Positions 1-14,887 of a stretch of DNA of 64,000 nucleotides are shown here, piece by piece; within the stretch, counting starts at the first letter, position 1; each line of letters starts with the position of its first letter. The translations under genes were made by a program, and so were the position numbers. Below the pieces are notes generated by a model, which saw only the letters and a program-made list of their open reading frames with translations, made no database searches and had not been told where the DNA came from. The stretch comes from Candidatus Giovannonibacteria bacterium RIFOXYD1_FULL_48_21 (GTDB lineage: Bacteria > Patescibacteriota > Minisyncoccia > JACPKW01 > UBA11713), in the NCBI GenBank assembly GCA_001778985.1, contig MFIU01000001.1:50111-114110 (forward strand), read 5' to 3'.

Positions 1-1881
<1,881 letters not shown>

Positions 1882-1914
1882 TATCTTAATTTTTAGTACA
1901 CAAAGGAGGGGATA

Positions 1915-2178
1915 ATGTTCACGCAAGCGAATGCGGCTGAAGTTTTGTTCGAGAGCGTAAAAAGCAAGGTTGAGAGAGTAAATATCACGAAGGTTAAACA
2001 GATATTCTGTCTTAAACACACAGACTACCGCATCGAGCTTGAAAGGTTGGGGAACGAACTCAGAATAGGGAACGTGGACTGGCAGTTTTGGTCCAGGCGC
2101 TTGACTACTCTGATGCAAACCCTAGGATGCGACGAATGCATCTACTTTCTAGCTCAAAAGTTCAAAGGGACGGGATAG
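1915..2178 (+). CDS. Hypothetical small protein
   Basis: 87-aa ORF with a strong Shine-Dalgarno sequence (aaaggagggg) 5 nt upstream of the ATG. No recognisable family. Confidence 0.4.
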   Translation: MFTQANAAEVLFESVKSKVERVNITKVKQIFCLKHTDYRIELERLGNELRIGNVDWQFWSRRLTTLMQTLGCDECIYFLAQKFKGTG

Positions 2179-2202
2179 ACGTCCCTTTGCTATAATTAAA
2201 CT

Positions 2203-2904
2203 ATGATTTACCCCTACACCGCGACACTGCATGGGGTGATGGCAATCTTGTGTCTAGCGAGTCTCACCCACCTTTTCCGCCGCAAAAAATATGCTGCAAG
2301 CGAAACCGTCCGCGCCTGGTTTAACTGGTTTTTATTATTTTTTCTCTACAACCTAATCCTAGCGGTGCCGCTTGTAATTTTAGAGAAATTGGATCTTCGG
2401 AGCGGAATTTTTTATAACGTCGCCCTCGCCTTTCTAGCGCTCGCCGTCTGGCAGGCCTTTAATATCGCCATACAGATAGGAATCACGGACGAGAAGAGGA
2501 GGAAGGCGTTTTCGTTTCTTTTCATTGCCGGCGCCTCTCTGGCAGTACTTCTGCATTTTGCTTTCCCTGAAATTCCTACAGGCACGCCGAACGGAAAATG
2601 GGTACTTTGGTACTCTAGCCAGCCGATTTCGCTTTCGTATACCTTCTTTATGTTCGTGGCCGGGTGGACTTTTGCCTGGGTTCATTTCAAAGGAATGACC
2701 TATCTTTCCTCTCCGCTTCTGCGCTTGCGGTCTCTTGCCTTCGCGCTCGGAGCATTCGTCCTGCCTTTTTCGGCCTTCTATTACTTCGGTGCCCAGAAAC
2801 TCCAGCATATTTACCTGGGCTTCTCATTCTCTATAATTGGGCTTATCTTCTTTGCGTTGGGAAATATGACCATAGGAGTCGTAAAGACGGGGCGGGAATC
2901 TTGA
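2203..2904 (+). CDS. Hypothetical polytopic membrane protein
   Basis: 233-aa ORF with several hydrophobic helices. A tataat-like -10 sits just upstream. Confidence 0.5.
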   Translation: MIYPYTATLHGVMAILCLASLTHLFRRKKYAASETVRAWFNWFLLFFLYNLILAVPLVILEKLDLRSGIFYNVALAFLALAVWQAFNIAIQIGITDEKRRKAFSFLFIAGASLAVLLHFAFPEIPTGTPNGKWVLWYSSQPISLSYTFFMFVAGWTFAWVHFKGMTYLSSPLLRLRSLAFALGAFVLPFSAFYYFGAQKLQHIYLGFSFSIIGLIFFALGNMTIGVVKTGRES

Positions 2905-2956
2905 CTGCGAAAAGTTTCGGGATTATACTTACGGCATATTCATGGAGGAAGAATCT

Positions 2957-3601
2957 ATGACTTATCTGATTCCGACCGTAATTGAAAAATCCCAATTCGG
3001 GGAGCGGGCCTACGATATTTATTCGAGGCTTTTGAAAGAACGGATAATTTTCTTGGGCGGGCCCATCGTGGATCCGGTGGCCAACACCGTAATCGCCCAG
3101 CTTTTGTTTCTGGAACACGAGGACCCTAAAAAAGACATTCATTTTTATATAAATTCTCCGGGCGGCTCGGTTTCGGCGGCTTTGGCCGTCTATGATGCCA
3201 TGCAGTACGTCAAGCCGGACGTTTCCACAATCTGCGTGGGGTTCGCGGCCTCTGCCGCGGCTATTTTGCTGGCCGCTGGCGAGAAAGGAAAGCGCTACGC
3301 TCTGCCTAACTCCGAAGTGATGATTCATCAGGTCTTTGGACAGGCCGAAGGACAAGCCTCGGATGTAAAAATAACCGCGGACCACATTGTTCACATAAAA
3401 GATAAGATAAATAAAATCCTCGCTAAGCACACCGGACAGCCTCTCTCCAAAGTGGAGAGAGATGCCGACCGGGATTTTTACATGGATGCCATAGACGCCA
3501 AGGAATACGGAATCGTGGACCAAATAATCAAAGCCAAAAGCGGAGGGCTTCCGATTGATAAAAGAGAAAATAAAGAAAGAGAAAAAGTTGCGGCGAAGTA
3601 G
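2957..3601 (+). CDS. clpP: ATP-dependent Clp protease proteolytic subunit
   Basis: Strong ClpP similarity ([21 protein letters not shown]...[46 protein letters not shown]). Start placed at the second ATG (2957), which has GGAGG 7 nt upstream; the ORF track starts at 2942. Lys-rich C-terminal tail. Confidence 0.9.
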   Translation: MTYLIPTVIEKSQFGERAYDIYSRLLKERIIFLGGPIVDPVANTVIAQLLFLEHEDPKKDIHFYINSPGGSVSAALAVYDAMQYVKPDVSTICVGFAASAAAILLAAGEKGKRYALPNSEVMIHQVFGQAEGQASDVKITADHIVHIKDKINKILAKHTGQPLSKVERDADRDFYMDAIDAKEYGIVDQIIKAKSGGLPIDKRENKEREKVAAK

Positions 3602-3706
3602 AAAGCCGTAAGTAGGAGAGGTCTCCCCAGTCCCTCCTTCTGGGGACCCCGCCTCTGGTGGGGATAACGGCCTTGTGCCTAAGACCCCTCTTACTTCCGG
3701 TTTTTT

Positions 3707-3772
3707 ACCCCGTTAGAAACGCCGAAGATATTTCGGCCAGGCGTCTATTCGGCGCCTGGTTTCTAACGGGGT
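3707..3772 (+). terminator. Structured element between the convergent clpP and gpmI genes. A 14-bp outer stem (ACCCCGTTAGAAAC / GTTTCTAACGGGGT) encloses two 6-bp hairpins and is followed by TTATTTT. It probably acts as a terminator. It belongs to the repeated clamp family described in the findings.
   Basis: Base pairing read directly: 3707-3720 pairs with 3759-3772. Inner hairpins are gccgaa/ttcggc and caggcg/cgcctg. T-rich 3' flank. Confidence 0.6.
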
Positions 3773-3780
3773 TTATTTTC

Positions 3781-5328
3781 CTAAAGTCTTTCAATTAAAC
3801 TCACGCCGTTCATCTCTGGCGGTTGAGTAAGGTTTAAGAGTTCGAGCACGGTCGGAGCCACGTCGCTTAAAACGCCCCCGACTTCCTCGTAGAGCTTATA
3901 AATTTCTTCCTGGCTTCGCGGTTTTTTCCTCTGAAATTTTTTCCCAATCAGAAAAAAAGGCACCGGATTCGCGGTATGCTTGGTGCTTTTTTCGCCGGTA
4001 AGGCGGTGTCGCTTCTCTTCGGCGTTGCCGTGATCCGCGGTGATAATCGCGACCCCGTCCGCCTCTAAAACTTTTTTAACTATTTTCCCGACCTCCGTAT
4101 CCAGAATTTCGAGCGCCTGGACCGTGGCGTCAAAATCGCCGGTATGGCCTACCAAGTCGGCGTTCGCGAAATTCACCAAAATAAAATCGTAGCGGGCCAG
4201 ATTGTCTATAACGCTCTGGGTAATCTGGGACGCGGACATGGCCGGGTTCTTCTCGTAGCGCGAGCCTGGCAAAGACGGCACCAAAATCCGCTCTTCGCCC
4301 GGATAAGGATTTTCTTTGCCGCCGTCAAAAAAATAGGTAACGTGGGCGTACTTGTCGGTCTCGGCGATATGAAGCTGTGAAAGTCCTTTCTCCGAAAGGA
4401 TTCTGGCCAAAGGCCAAGAAACGTCCATCGGCTCGAAGGCCGCCTCGACCGGAAGATTTTTCTGGTATTCGGTCATGGTCACGAAAACTAAATTTTCCAG
4501 CTTTTCTCTGGGAAATTTATCAAACCCGGTTTCGGCGAAGACTTGGGTGAGCTCGCGCGCCGAATCTTCCCTGAAATTGAAAAATATTACGGCGTCATTC
4601 TTCTTGATTCGTGACCCTGGATCTCCGTCCCAGGCTGGTTCAACAAATTCATCCGTAATTCCTTTCTCGTATTGGGATTCAAGATATTCAACCGGGGAGG
4701 CAAGCAAACTCCCCTCGCCCCTCGCAAGCAGAGCGTGGGTTTTCTCAATTTTCGCCCAATCGCCATCCCGGTCCATGGCGAAATCTCGCCCGATTATCGA
4801 AACGATTTTGGCGAAAGGATAAAGTTTGGACAAACGTTCCCTAAACTCCTTCAAAAAAGTTCCGGCCTCTTTGGGCGGCGCGTCCCGGCCGTCCGTGAAA
4901 AGATGCAGATAAACCCGGGGGAGATTTTCAAGTTTAGCGAATTCCAAAAGCGCGTAAAGATGGTCGGGATAGGCGTGGACCGAGCCGGAAGAGAAAAGAC
5001 CTATCAGATGCAGAGCTCCGGCGGTTTTTTTTACGTGTTCCGCGGCTTTTTTAAAAGCCTTATTTTCAAAAAAGGTTTTGTCCTGAATGGAAACCGAGAT
5101 TCTGGGAAGATGATGATAAAGGGTTTTCCCGGCGCCCAAGGTCAAATGCCCTACTTCGGAATTTCCCTCCTCACCCCAGGGAAGACCGACCGCGATGCCC
5201 GAGGCTTGCAAAGTGGTGAAAGGGAAAAATTTTTCGAGATACTCAAAATTATCTCTCTTTGCCTCCCAAAAAGTCGAGTCTTTCGAACTCGGCACCCCCA
5301 GCCCGTCCAGAATAATCAAAACCACCAT
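3781..5328 (-). CDS. gpmI: 2,3-bisphosphoglycerate-independent phosphoglycerate mutase
   Basis: 515 aa. N-terminal MVVLIILDGLG..., metal-binding ADHGN and other iPGM motifs. Confidence 0.9.
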   Translation of the reverse strand: MVVLIILDGLGVPSSKDSTFWEAKRDNFEYLEKFFPFTTLQASGIAVGLPWGEEGNSEVGHLTLGAGKTLYHHLPRISVSIQDKTFFENKAFKKAAEHVKKTAGALHLIGLFSSGSVHAYPDHLYALLEFAKLENLPRVYLHLFTDGRDAPPKEAGTFLKEFRERLSKLYPFAKIVSIIGRDFAMDRDGDWAKIEKTHALLARGEGSLLASPVEYLESQYEKGITDEFVEPAWDGDPGSRIKKNDAVIFFNFREDSARELTQVFAETGFDKFPREKLENLVFVTMTEYQKNLPVEAAFEPMDVSWPLARILSEKGLSQLHIAETDKYAHVTYFFDGGKENPYPGEERILVPSLPGSRYEKNPAMSASQITQSVIDNLARYDFILVNFANADLVGHTGDFDATVQALEILDTEVGKIVKKVLEADGVAIITADHGNAEEKRHRLTGEKSTKHTANPVPFFLIGKKFQRKKPRSQEEIYKLYEEVGGVLSDVAPTVLELLNLTQPPEMNGVSLIERL

Positions 5329-5407
5329 TTTACTATTTTACTCCCTCTTGCGCTCCTCTGAAACTTTTGCTAAAATCCAGGTATTACTATTTTGATTTTA
5401 ACTTATC

Positions 5408-6937
5408 ATGACTTTAACCTCGCCATTGTTGGTGGCGCTTCTTTCGGTTCTGGTGGGGACGGCGCTCGGCTATGTCCTCCGGCAGATAATCGCGCAGTAC
5501 CGCAAAAACTCGCTCGAACTTCAAGTAAAAAAAATACTGCTGGACGCTAAAGACCGAGCGGTCGAGGCCCTAGACGCAGCCAAAAAGAAAGCCGACGAAC
5601 TCCTGGACCAAGCCCGCCGGGAAACCAAAGAGCGCGAAAACCAACTTCGAAAATTAGAAGAAAAAGTCCTGGTCAAAGACGAAGCCCTGGAAAAACGCAG
5701 GCGGGATTTGGAATTGGAAGTCGAAAATCTTAAGAAAAAAGCGGAGGAGATAAAGAGAATCCGGGAGGAGGCGGAGAAAATCGAGGCCGAGAAGCGCGCC
5801 CAACTCCAGAAAATCGCCAACCTTTCGGAAGAGGAAGCGAAAAAAGAGCTGATAGAGTCGGTCGAGAAAAAACACGAGATTGATATTTTGGCCAGAATTC
5901 AGAAGCTGGAAATCTTCGGCCAGGACCGGCTCGAGCATAAAGCCCGGGACATCTTGGCGACCGTTATCCAGCGGCTCGCCTCTTCCACTGCTTCCGAAGT
6001 TACAACCGCCGCGGTCACGATTCCTTCTGACGACATCAAAGGCAAAATCATCGGCAAAGAAGGTCGGAACATCCGGGCTCTGGAACGCGCGGCCGGAGTG
6101 GAGATAATCGTGGACGACACTCCGGGTTCGGTCGTCATCTCCAGTTTTGACCCGGTCCGGAGGCAGGTCGCCAAAATCGCCCTGGAAAATCTGATTCTGG
6201 ATGGCCGCATTCAGCCGGCGCGAATAGAAGAGACAGTTGAAAAAGCCAAAAACGAGATAGAGAAAATGATTAAAGACGCCGGTGAGAAGGCCGCGTTTGA
6301 AGTTGGAATTTTCGATATTGACCCCCGGCTCCTGATGCTCTTGGGCCGCTTAAAATTCAGAACTTCCTACGGCCAGAATGTTTTGCAGCATTCAATTGAA
6401 ATGTCCCACGTCGCGGGCATGCTGGCTTCGGAACTCGGCGCAGATATCGCCATCGCGAAAAAAGGAGCGCTTCTTCACGATATCGGCAAAGCCGTGGACC
6501 ATGAAATTCAGGGAACGCACGTGGAGATAGGTCGGAGAATCCTGCAAAAATTCAATGTGGATTCGAAAGTGATTCAGGCCATGCAGTCCCACCACGAGGA
6601 ATATCCTTATGAAACCCTCGAGTCGATTATCGTTCAGATCGCGGACGCCATCTCCGCCTCTAGGCCGGGCGCCAGGCGCGATTCCGTGGAAAACTACTTA
6701 AAGCGGCTGGAAGATTTGGAGCGAATCGCCAACTCCTTCGGAGTCGTGGAGAAATCCTACGCGATTCAGGCCGGAAGGGAGATTCGCGTCTTCGTGACTC
6801 CGGAAAAAATTTCCGACCTGGAGATGAAAAATCTCGCGCGTGATATCGCGAACCAGATTGAGCAAGAACTCAAATACCCCGGCGAGATTAAAGTCCACGT
6901 AATCCGCGAAAATCGGGCTGTGGAATACGCCCGGTAG
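5408..6937 (+). CDS. rny: Ribonuclease Y
   Basis: N-terminal TM helix, a long coiled-coil, a KH domain (IIGKEGRNIRALERAAGVEIIVDD) and an HD domain (LLHDIGKAVDHE). Confidence 0.9.
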   Translation: MTLTSPLLVALLSVLVGTALGYVLRQIIAQYRKNSLELQVKKILLDAKDRAVEALDAAKKKADELLDQARRETKERENQLRKLEEKVLVKDEALEKRRRDLELEVENLKKKAEEIKRIREEAEKIEAEKRAQLQKIANLSEEEAKKELIESVEKKHEIDILARIQKLEIFGQDRLEHKARDILATVIQRLASSTASEVTTAAVTIPSDDIKGKIIGKEGRNIRALERAAGVEIIVDDTPGSVVISSFDPVRRQVAKIALENLILDGRIQPARIEETVEKAKNEIEKMIKDAGEKAAFEVGIFDIDPRLLMLLGRLKFRTSYGQNVLQHSIEMSHVAGMLASELGADIAIAKKGALLHDIGKAVDHEIQGTHVEIGRRILQKFNVDSKVIQAMQSHHEEYPYETLESIIVQIADAISASRPGARRDSVENYLKRLEDLERIANSFGVVEKSYAIQAGREIRVFVTPEKISDLEMKNLARDIANQIEQELKYPGEIKVHVIRENRAVEYAR

Positions 6938-6969
6938 CTCGCCCCGGAAGATATGCTATACTGGAGAAT

Positions 6970-7257
6970 ATGAACAAAGCAGACCTATCCCAAAAACTCT
7001 GGGAGCTTCATTCCAAAAAAGGAGTGGATGTTTCCAAAAAACACGCCGAAGAGGTCGTGGATTTTATCTTCGATACCATCGCCGACTGCCTGAAGCGGGG
7101 CGATGAAGTTTCGATCGCGGGTTTCGGCTCTTTTCTGGTAAAACAGCGAAAAGCCAGAACCGCCCGAAATCCAAAGACCGGCGCTTCGGTCCAGGTCCCG
7201 GCCATGAAAGTCCCCAAATTCCGCGCCGGCAAGGGATTGAAAGACGCCGTTAAGTAG
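6970..7257 (+). CDS. hup: DNA-binding protein HU
   Basis: 95 aa with HU/IHF signature (GFGSF...RKARTARNPKTGASVQVPA). An extended -10 (TGcTATACT) and a GGAG sit upstream. Confidence 0.9.
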   Translation: MNKADLSQKLWELHSKKGVDVSKKHAEEVVDFIFDTIADCLKRGDEVSIAGFGSFLVKQRKARTARNPKTGASVQVPAMKVPKFRAGKGLKDAVK

Positions 7258-7269
7258 GTAGACCTCAAA

Positions 7270-7289
7270 CCTGCCTGCCGGCAGGCAGG
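7270..7289 (+). repeat. Perfect 20-nt palindrome CCTGCCTGCCGGCAGGCAGG downstream of hup
   Basis: Self-complementary sequence read directly. No T-run immediately follows it. Confidence 0.6.
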
Positions 7290-7322
7290 GACGCGGTCAA
7301 GTAGACAATTTTAGGTAAGGGT

Positions 7323-7353
7323 AAAGGGCGTTCTTGAAAAGAGAACGCTCTTT
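7323..7353 (+). terminator. Rho-independent terminator candidate after hup
   Basis: Stem aaagggcgttct / agaacgctcttt with a tgaaaag loop, followed by TCTTTCTCGTT. Confidence 0.5.
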
Positions 7354-7403
7354 CTCGTTAGAGAAAAGTAAGGATTGAAAAATTCCGTGAGAGACAATAT
7401 TAT

Positions 7404-8810
7404 ATGTTTATGGTATTCAAAAAAATTATCCAAAAAATGCCGTTGTTTTTTCTGTTCTTGATCTTCGCGTTTTCGGTTTCTATCGCTAGGACGGCGGGGG
7501 CTCAACAAACCGCAGGAAGTATTGATATAGCGAGCGGGTCACAACAGCTTTCATCAATAATTATATCAGTAAAAACTGATAAGGCCGAGTATATTGACGG
7601 AGAAAAAATTTTGATTTTCGTAACTGCAGAGAATCAATCTTCTCAAACAGTCATACTTAATTTTAACTCTTCTTATCAAGCGAATTATGTTGTTGACAAA
7701 ACATATAGTTGGTCTAGTGATAAAGCGTTTACACAAGCACTGACTGAAGTAGTGTTGCCGTCATTCGGTACAAAAACCTGGGAATTTATTCATGATACAG
7801 CCGTCAACCCATTATCAGTAGGCACGCATAACATTCAGGGAGAAGTAGTGGGATACGGCAATTCAGAAACTACATTTTCCGTCGCGGCTCCGCCCAGAGA
7901 GTATTTCGAAAGCTTTGAAAATGATTTCGGGGGATGGGTATCCGATCACTTTATTGATTGCGAACACCTCCCGCCGCCCGTAGGGCCTTGTACATTTACA
8001 TGGGGTATTGAACGCTCCACAGCACAGGCACAATATGGTAGCTGGGCGCTTAAAAGCTTTCTTGATGGCAGAAACGACGATGGCACGATTTGGGTGGAAA
8101 AGTCATTTTTGGCGCCCCCAAATTCATCGGTAGTAGATGTAGCTCTTACCTTCTATTTATGGAGCGAAACAGTTTCTCCGGTGAACAATTGGCCCGTTCA
8201 CGCATTCATAGGGTTATTTAATCCGGAAACTGAATTGGATCTTCCTATTATTGGAACAACCGATCGAACAAAAGGATGGCAATCCTATACTTATAAAAAA
8301 ACAATACTAACCGGCGCTGACGGCATGTTTTGGGTTGCATTTGGTTTCGGAGCCGTCTGGGAAGTAGAAAGAACTTATTTCATGGATTCCGTATCAGTAC
8401 AGATAGGCCCCGTGTCGCCCGCTCCCGCGCCGCAAGTAACATTATCCTTCACAAGAAACCTGGCAGGGGGCATGAGTGGCGATGACGTAAAAGAATTACA
8501 GAAAATATTAGCGAGCGATCCGGTGATTTATCCCGAAGGCCTTGTTAGCGGCTATTTTGGGCCCCTTACTCAAAAAGCAGTTATCAGATTCCAAGAGAAA
8601 TACGCCGCCGACATCCTTCTGCCCATAGGAATTGCTCAAGGAACAGGGTTGGTAGGACCAATGACTGTGAAAAAATTGAACGCGATACGGGTCGGCGTGC
8701 CAACAACAACCAGCTTGATTCAATCTCTTCAACTCCAAATTCAAGAATTACAAAAACAGATTGAAGATCTGCAAAACAAAATAAAACAGCTCGGCGGCGA
8801 AAGTAATTAA
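7404..8810 (+). CDS. Secreted protein with a C-terminal peptidoglycan-binding-like domain and a coiled-coil tail
   Basis: N-terminal signal peptide (MFMVFKKIIQKMPLFFLFLIFAFSVSIARTAGA). C-terminal PG_binding_1-like segment (GMSGDDVKELQKILASD...YFGPLTQKAVIRFQEKY). Confidence 0.7.
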   Translation: MFMVFKKIIQKMPLFFLFLIFAFSVSIARTAGAQQTAGSIDIASGSQQLSSIIISVKTDKAEYIDGEKILIFVTAENQSSQTVILNFNSSYQANYVVDKTYSWSSDKAFTQALTEVVLPSFGTKTWEFIHDTAVNPLSVGTHNIQGEVVGYGNSETTFSVAAPPREYFESFENDFGGWVSDHFIDCEHLPPPVGPCTFTWGIERSTAQAQYGSWALKSFLDGRNDDGTIWVEKSFLAPPNSSVVDVALTFYLWSETVSPVNNWPVHAFIGLFNPETELDLPIIGTTDRTKGWQSYTYKKTILTGADGMFWVAFGFGAVWEVERTYFMDSVSVQIGPVSPAPAPQVTLSFTRNLAGGMSGDDVKELQKILASDPVIYPEGLVSGYFGPLTQKAVIRFQEKYAADILLPIGIAQGTGLVGPMTVKKLNAIRVGVPTTTSLIQSLQLQIQELQKQIEDLQNKIKQLGGESN

Positions 8811-8819
8811 TTTAAAACT

Positions 8820-9059
8820 TTAATCCATCAAGACGCTCAAATTATTTTTGTCGTCCATCTCCAGGAAACCGGAATTTATCTCAAGCTTTTTGCTCGCGCC
8901 GTTCTCGAGGCCGATTTTGGCTTCGCCTTTCTCAAGCAGGGTTACGAGCGGCCGATGGTGGTTTAAAATCGTTATCTCGCCGCTTCTGGTCTTAACGTTG
9001 AAAGATAAAATCTTTCCTTCAAATTCGATTCCTTTCAAAGAATAAACTAAAAGCTCCAT
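8820..9059 (-). CDS. atpC: F1 ATP synthase epsilon subunit, N-terminal beta-sandwich only; the C-terminal helical hairpin is absent
   Basis: 79 aa (MELLVYSLKGIEFEGKI...GFLEMDD). Sits immediately downstream of atpD in the operon. Confidence 0.8.
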   Translation of the reverse strand: MELLVYSLKGIEFEGKILSFNVKTRSGEITILNHHRPLVTLLEKGEAKIGLENGASKKLEINSGFLEMDDKNNLSVLMD

Positions 9060-9063
9060 GAAT

Positions 9064-11350
<2,287 letters not shown>

Positions 11351-11351
11351 A

Positions 11352-12884
11352 TCAATAGCTGGACTTCTTAAAATTCCCCAAGGCGGCCTTTAATTTTTCC
11401 TCAACCTCGGAAGACAAATCTCCGGTTTTGCGAATTTTTTCCAAAATATCCTCGCGATGCAGTTTTTCCAGCCAATCCCAAAATCCTTCCATGAAAATTT
11501 TTATTTTAGAAAGCTCGACCTCTTCAAGAAGCCCGGAGATGCCGGCATAGAGGGCGACAACCTCTTTTTCAAAAGGAACCGGCTCGCCGTCCGCTTGTTT
11601 CAAAATCTCCGTCAAAAGTTCTCCGCGATGTATTTTCTTTCTGGTATCCGCATCCAAATCCGAGCTGAATTGCACGAAAGCAGCGAGCTCTCTGAACTGC
11701 GCGAGTTCCAAACGAAGCTTGCCGGCCACTTTTTTCATCGCCTTGGTCTGCGCGGCCGAACCCACGCGCGACACTGAAAGCCCGACGTTAACCGCGGGCC
11801 GGACGCCTTGATGGAAGAGGCTGGATTCCAGATAAATCTGGCCATCGGTGATGGAAATGACATTGGTCGGAATATAAGCGGAAACGTCTCCCAATTTTGT
11901 CTCGATAATCGGGAGGGCCGTCAAAGAACCGCCGCCTCTTTTTTCGCTCAATTTCGCCGCGCGCTCCAGAAGTCTCGCGTGAAGATAGAAGATATCGCCG
12001 GGATAGGCCTCGCGGCCCGGGGGGCGCCGCAGAAGCAAAGAAAGTTCGCGGTAAGCGTCGGCGTGCTTGGAAAGGTCGTCGTAGACGACAAGCGCGTCCT
12101 CGCCCTGCTCCATGAAATATTCTCCGATGGCGGCACCGGCAAAAGGAGCCAAATACTGCAGGGAAGCGTTCGAGGAGGCAGGAGCCGAAACAACTATGGT
12201 ATTTTTCATGGCTCCTCCTTCCTCGAGTCTTCTTATGATTTTCGCGACTTTTGAATTTTTCTGCCCAATCGCCACATAAATAGATATAACTGGTTTCTGC
12301 GACTTATCCTGGCTTTGGTTTAAAATCGTATCGAGGGCGATCGCGGTCTTTCCGGTCTGCCGATCTCCTATAATAAGTTCTCTCTGCCCGCGGCCGATTG
12401 GAATCATGGCGTCAACGGCTTTCACTCCCGTGTGCAGCGGCGTGCCAACGCTTTTTCGTTCAATCACTGACGGCGCTCTTTTCTCTAAAAAACAATCCTG
12501 GGCTTTTTCAGGACTCTTGAAAATAACCCCTTTGCCGTCCAAGGGCTCGCCCAAAGGGCCGACCACGCGGCCCAAAAGCTCCGGCCCGGCTTTCAGCGAA
12601 AGGATTTTTCCTGTTTTTAAAACCCGGTCCCCGACCTTAATCCTCTCGCGCTCGCCTAAAATAACCGCTCCAATGAAATTTTCTTCAAGATTAAAAACAA
12701 GGGCGGGTATTTTTTTCTCGCCCGCCTGAATGTCCAGCAGCTCGTGAGAGAGCGCCTGGGAAAGCCCGGAAATTCTTAAAATCCCGTCTCCGGCCTCGCT
12801 CACAATCCCGACCTCGCGGACACTTTTATCCTCGCGAAAGCCCTGAATTTCTTTTTTAAGTTTTTCGACAATCTCGTAAGACAT
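11352..12884 (-). CDS. atpA: F1 ATP synthase alpha subunit
   Basis: [18 protein letters not shown] Walker A motif. 510 aa. Confidence 0.95.
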   Translation of the reverse strand: MSYEIVEKLKKEIQGFREDKSVREVGIVSEAGDGILRISGLSQALSHELLDIQAGEKKIPALVFNLEENFIGAVILGERERIKVGDRVLKTGKILSLKAGPELLGRVVGPLGEPLDGKGVIFKSPEKAQDCFLEKRAPSVIERKSVGTPLHTGVKAVDAMIPIGRGQRELIIGDRQTGKTAIALDTILNQSQDKSQKPVISIYVAIGQKNSKVAKIIRRLEEGGAMKNTIVVSAPASSNASLQYLAPFAGAAIGEYFMEQGEDALVVYDDLSKHADAYRELSLLLRRPPGREAYPGDIFYLHARLLERAAKLSEKRGGGSLTALPIIETKLGDVSAYIPTNVISITDGQIYLESSLFHQGVRPAVNVGLSVSRVGSAAQTKAMKKVAGKLRLELAQFRELAAFVQFSSDLDADTRKKIHRGELLTEILKQADGEPVPFEKEVVALYAGISGLLEEVELSKIKIFMEGFWDWLEKLHREDILEKIRKTGDLSSEVEEKLKAALGNFKKSSY

Positions 12885-13261
12885 TATGAAAATAATTTAT
12901 TAAGTCTGCCCTGAAAAGAAAAATCAAGCTCCTTCTCGCCGTCAATCAATATCCTAACGCCCGCCAGAAGCTCCGGGCGTTCCCTAAATTCCACAAAGTC
13001 TTTTTTGGAAAATATACTGGAGAGTTTTTTAACCAAATTCTCGTCAACTGGGCGCGAAAACTCGAGCGTAACGAATTTCCCTCCGGATTTTTCGACAATT
13101 ATCTTTTCAAAAGCGCGCAAAATTTTCTCGAAATTATCCGCGTCGTTGTTTTTCTCCAGAAGGGCGGAAAACCTTTTCAGCGCTTTACTTTCTTCTTTTC
13201 CTCCGTCTTCTTCCAGGGCCTCAAAAAGAGCCTGGGCGTATATTTCTGCGGGATATTTCAT
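12884..13261 (-). CDS. atpH: ATP synthase delta (OSCP) subunit, short form
   Basis: 125-aa ORF in the conserved operon slot between atpF and atpA. Weak OSCP-like C-terminus. Start overlaps the atpA stop. Confidence 0.65.
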   Translation of the reverse strand: MKYPAEIYAQALFEALEEDGGKEESKALKRFSALLEKNNDADNFEKILRAFEKIIVEKSGGKFVTLEFSRPVDENLVKKLSSIFSKKDFVEFRERPELLAGVRILIDGEKELDFSFQGRLNKLFS

Positions 13262-13764
13262 ATCTCATGCTTCTTAAGTTCTTCGACCGCTCCCCCAATC
13301 AAAGCTTCGTCTACCGCATTCGGGTTAAGCGAAACAGCTTTGGCCAACGCTTCTCTCACAATTCCTCTGGCCTCCGAGGCCAGGGAGGACAAAGCCTCAA
13401 TCCTCCTCTGCTCTTCTATCTCCCGCGCCTTTTTAAGCGCGTCTTCGGCCTTCTTCTCGGCGCTCTCCAAAATTTCCCCTTCTCTTAACCTCGCGTTCTC
13501 TTCGGCCTTTTTTATCATCTCGAAAGCCGTCCTCTCGCCTTCCCGCAGTTTCGCGTCTTTCACTGCCTCTATCTGGGCAAGCCTTCTTTCCGCCTCTTCG
13601 GCTCCTTTCAAGCCCATCTCAATTTTCTTTCTCCTTTCCCCTAAAAGCTTCAGGAGCGGCCGATAGATAAAAACGGTAAGAACAACCAAGACAATGAAAA
13701 AATTTACTCCTTGGCTCAAAAGGAGTTTGAAATTAATCCCGAGCTGAGAAAGAAGCTCCGACAT
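13258..13764 (-). CDS. atpF: Fo ATP synthase subunit b
   Basis: Single N-terminal TM helix followed by a long charged coiled-coil (E/R/K/A-rich). Confidence 0.8.
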   Translation of the reverse strand: MSELLSQLGINFKLLLSQGVNFFIVLVVLTVFIYRPLLKLLGERRKKIEMGLKGAEEAERRLAQIEAVKDAKLREGERTAFEMIKKAEENARLREGEILESAEKKAEDALKKAREIEEQRRIEALSSLASEARGIVREALAKAVSLNPNAVDEALIGGAVEELKKHEI

Positions 13765-13767
13765 TTT

Positions 13768-13998
13768 TTATTCAACGAATTTTAAGATAAGGGAAACCAC
13801 TAGCGCGTAGATGGCTATGGCTTCCGCAAAAGCAATCGCGAGAATCATCGCGGTTTGAATCTTCGGCGCGGCCTCCGGATTTCGACCGATGGAGTCCGCC
13901 CCTTTCGAGCCGATGAGTCCGATGGCAACGGCGGGAAAAATCGTGCCCAGGCCCATCACAATCGCGATTGCTAGAAATCTTGCTACTTCTGGTTCCAT
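13768..13998 (-). CDS. atpE: Fo ATP synthase subunit c
   Basis: 76-aa two-helix proteolipid with a conserved carboxylate (AFAEAIAIYALVVSLIL). Confidence 0.9.
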   Translation of the reverse strand: MEPEVARFLAIAIVMGLGTIFPAVAIGLIGSKGADSIGRNPEAAPKIQTAMILAIAFAEAIAIYALVVSLILKFVE

Positions 13999-14033
13999 AA
14001 AATTAAAATAAAAAAATAATAATGACCTTTAAT

Positions 14034-14762
14034 TTAATGCGCCTCCTCTCTAACCGCCATGGCGACGAAAACGAGCGTTAACATGGAGAAGATGAAGGCC
14101 TGGATGAACCCTACGAATATCTCCAGAAACAAAAAGGGCAGGGGGATAAAATAGGGCACCAGAAAACCGACAATTACCAATAATACTTCTCCCGCAAAGA
14201 CGTTTCCGAAAAGGCGGAAAGAGAATGAGATTATTTTAATAAATTCAGAGATAAATTCAAGGAGCCCGACAAAAGAAAAAATTGGGCTTCGAATTGTGAA
14301 GAATTTGGAAAGATGCTTTTTGGGACCCAGGGCAAGCGCTCCGAGGATATTGACTCCGAAGACCGAGATAATCGCGAGCGCTATGGTGAAGTTCAAATCG
14401 CTTGCCGGGGAGCGAAAAAGTGGCAGAAAGTGAGAATTTTCAAGGCCGATGGAGCCCACGCCCGGGAGCAAGCCAAACCAGTTTGAAAAAAGTATGAAAA
14501 TAAAAACCGTGGCGATCAGGGGGAGATATTTTTCAGAAAGAGCCCGCGCTCCCAAAACCGAGTCCATTAAATCTAAAAGCTTGTCGAGAGAAAACTCCAA
14601 AAAATTTTGAAAACCTCCCGGAACCATCGAAAACCTCTTCCGAAAATAAAAAGCAACGGAGATTAAAATCAGCGAAACCGCAACCGCGAGCAAAAGCGCG
14701 TTCGTCACCGGAACGCCCATAAAATAAAAAAGCCTTTCAGCCTGTATTGAGATTTCCGGCAT
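14034..14762 (-). CDS. atpB: Fo ATP synthase subunit a
   Basis: 242-aa polytopic membrane protein with the conserved Arg region (SFSFRLFGNVFAGEVLL). Confidence 0.85.
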   Translation of the reverse strand: MPEISIQAERLFYFMGVPVTNALLLAVAVSLILISVAFYFRKRFSMVPGGFQNFLEFSLDKLLDLMDSVLGARALSEKYLPLIATVFIFILFSNWFGLLPGVGSIGLENSHFLPLFRSPASDLNFTIALAIISVFGVNILGALALGPKKHLSKFFTIRSPIFSFVGLLEFISEFIKIISFSFRLFGNVFAGEVLLVIVGFLVPYFIPLPFLFLEIFVGFIQAFIFSMLTLVFVAMAVREEAH

Positions 14763-14810
14763 CGTGCCTATACTTTAGCAATTTCTAAAAATAAGGAAAG
14801 GGGTGGCAAG

Positions 14811-14882
14811 TGCGGGTGGGGGTAGTCGAAACCCCATCTCCACTTTGGAAGAGTGGCATAATAGCCGTTATACGACACCCGC
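14811..14882 (-). tRNA. tRNA-Gly (anticodon TCC)
   Basis: Manual fold on the minus strand: acceptor gcgggtg/cacccgc; anticodon stem ccact/agtgg with loop cttccaa; T-arm ggggt-ttcgact-acccc; discriminator A; no encoded CCA. The D-stem is weak. Confidence 0.75.
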
Positions 14883-14887
14883 GATTT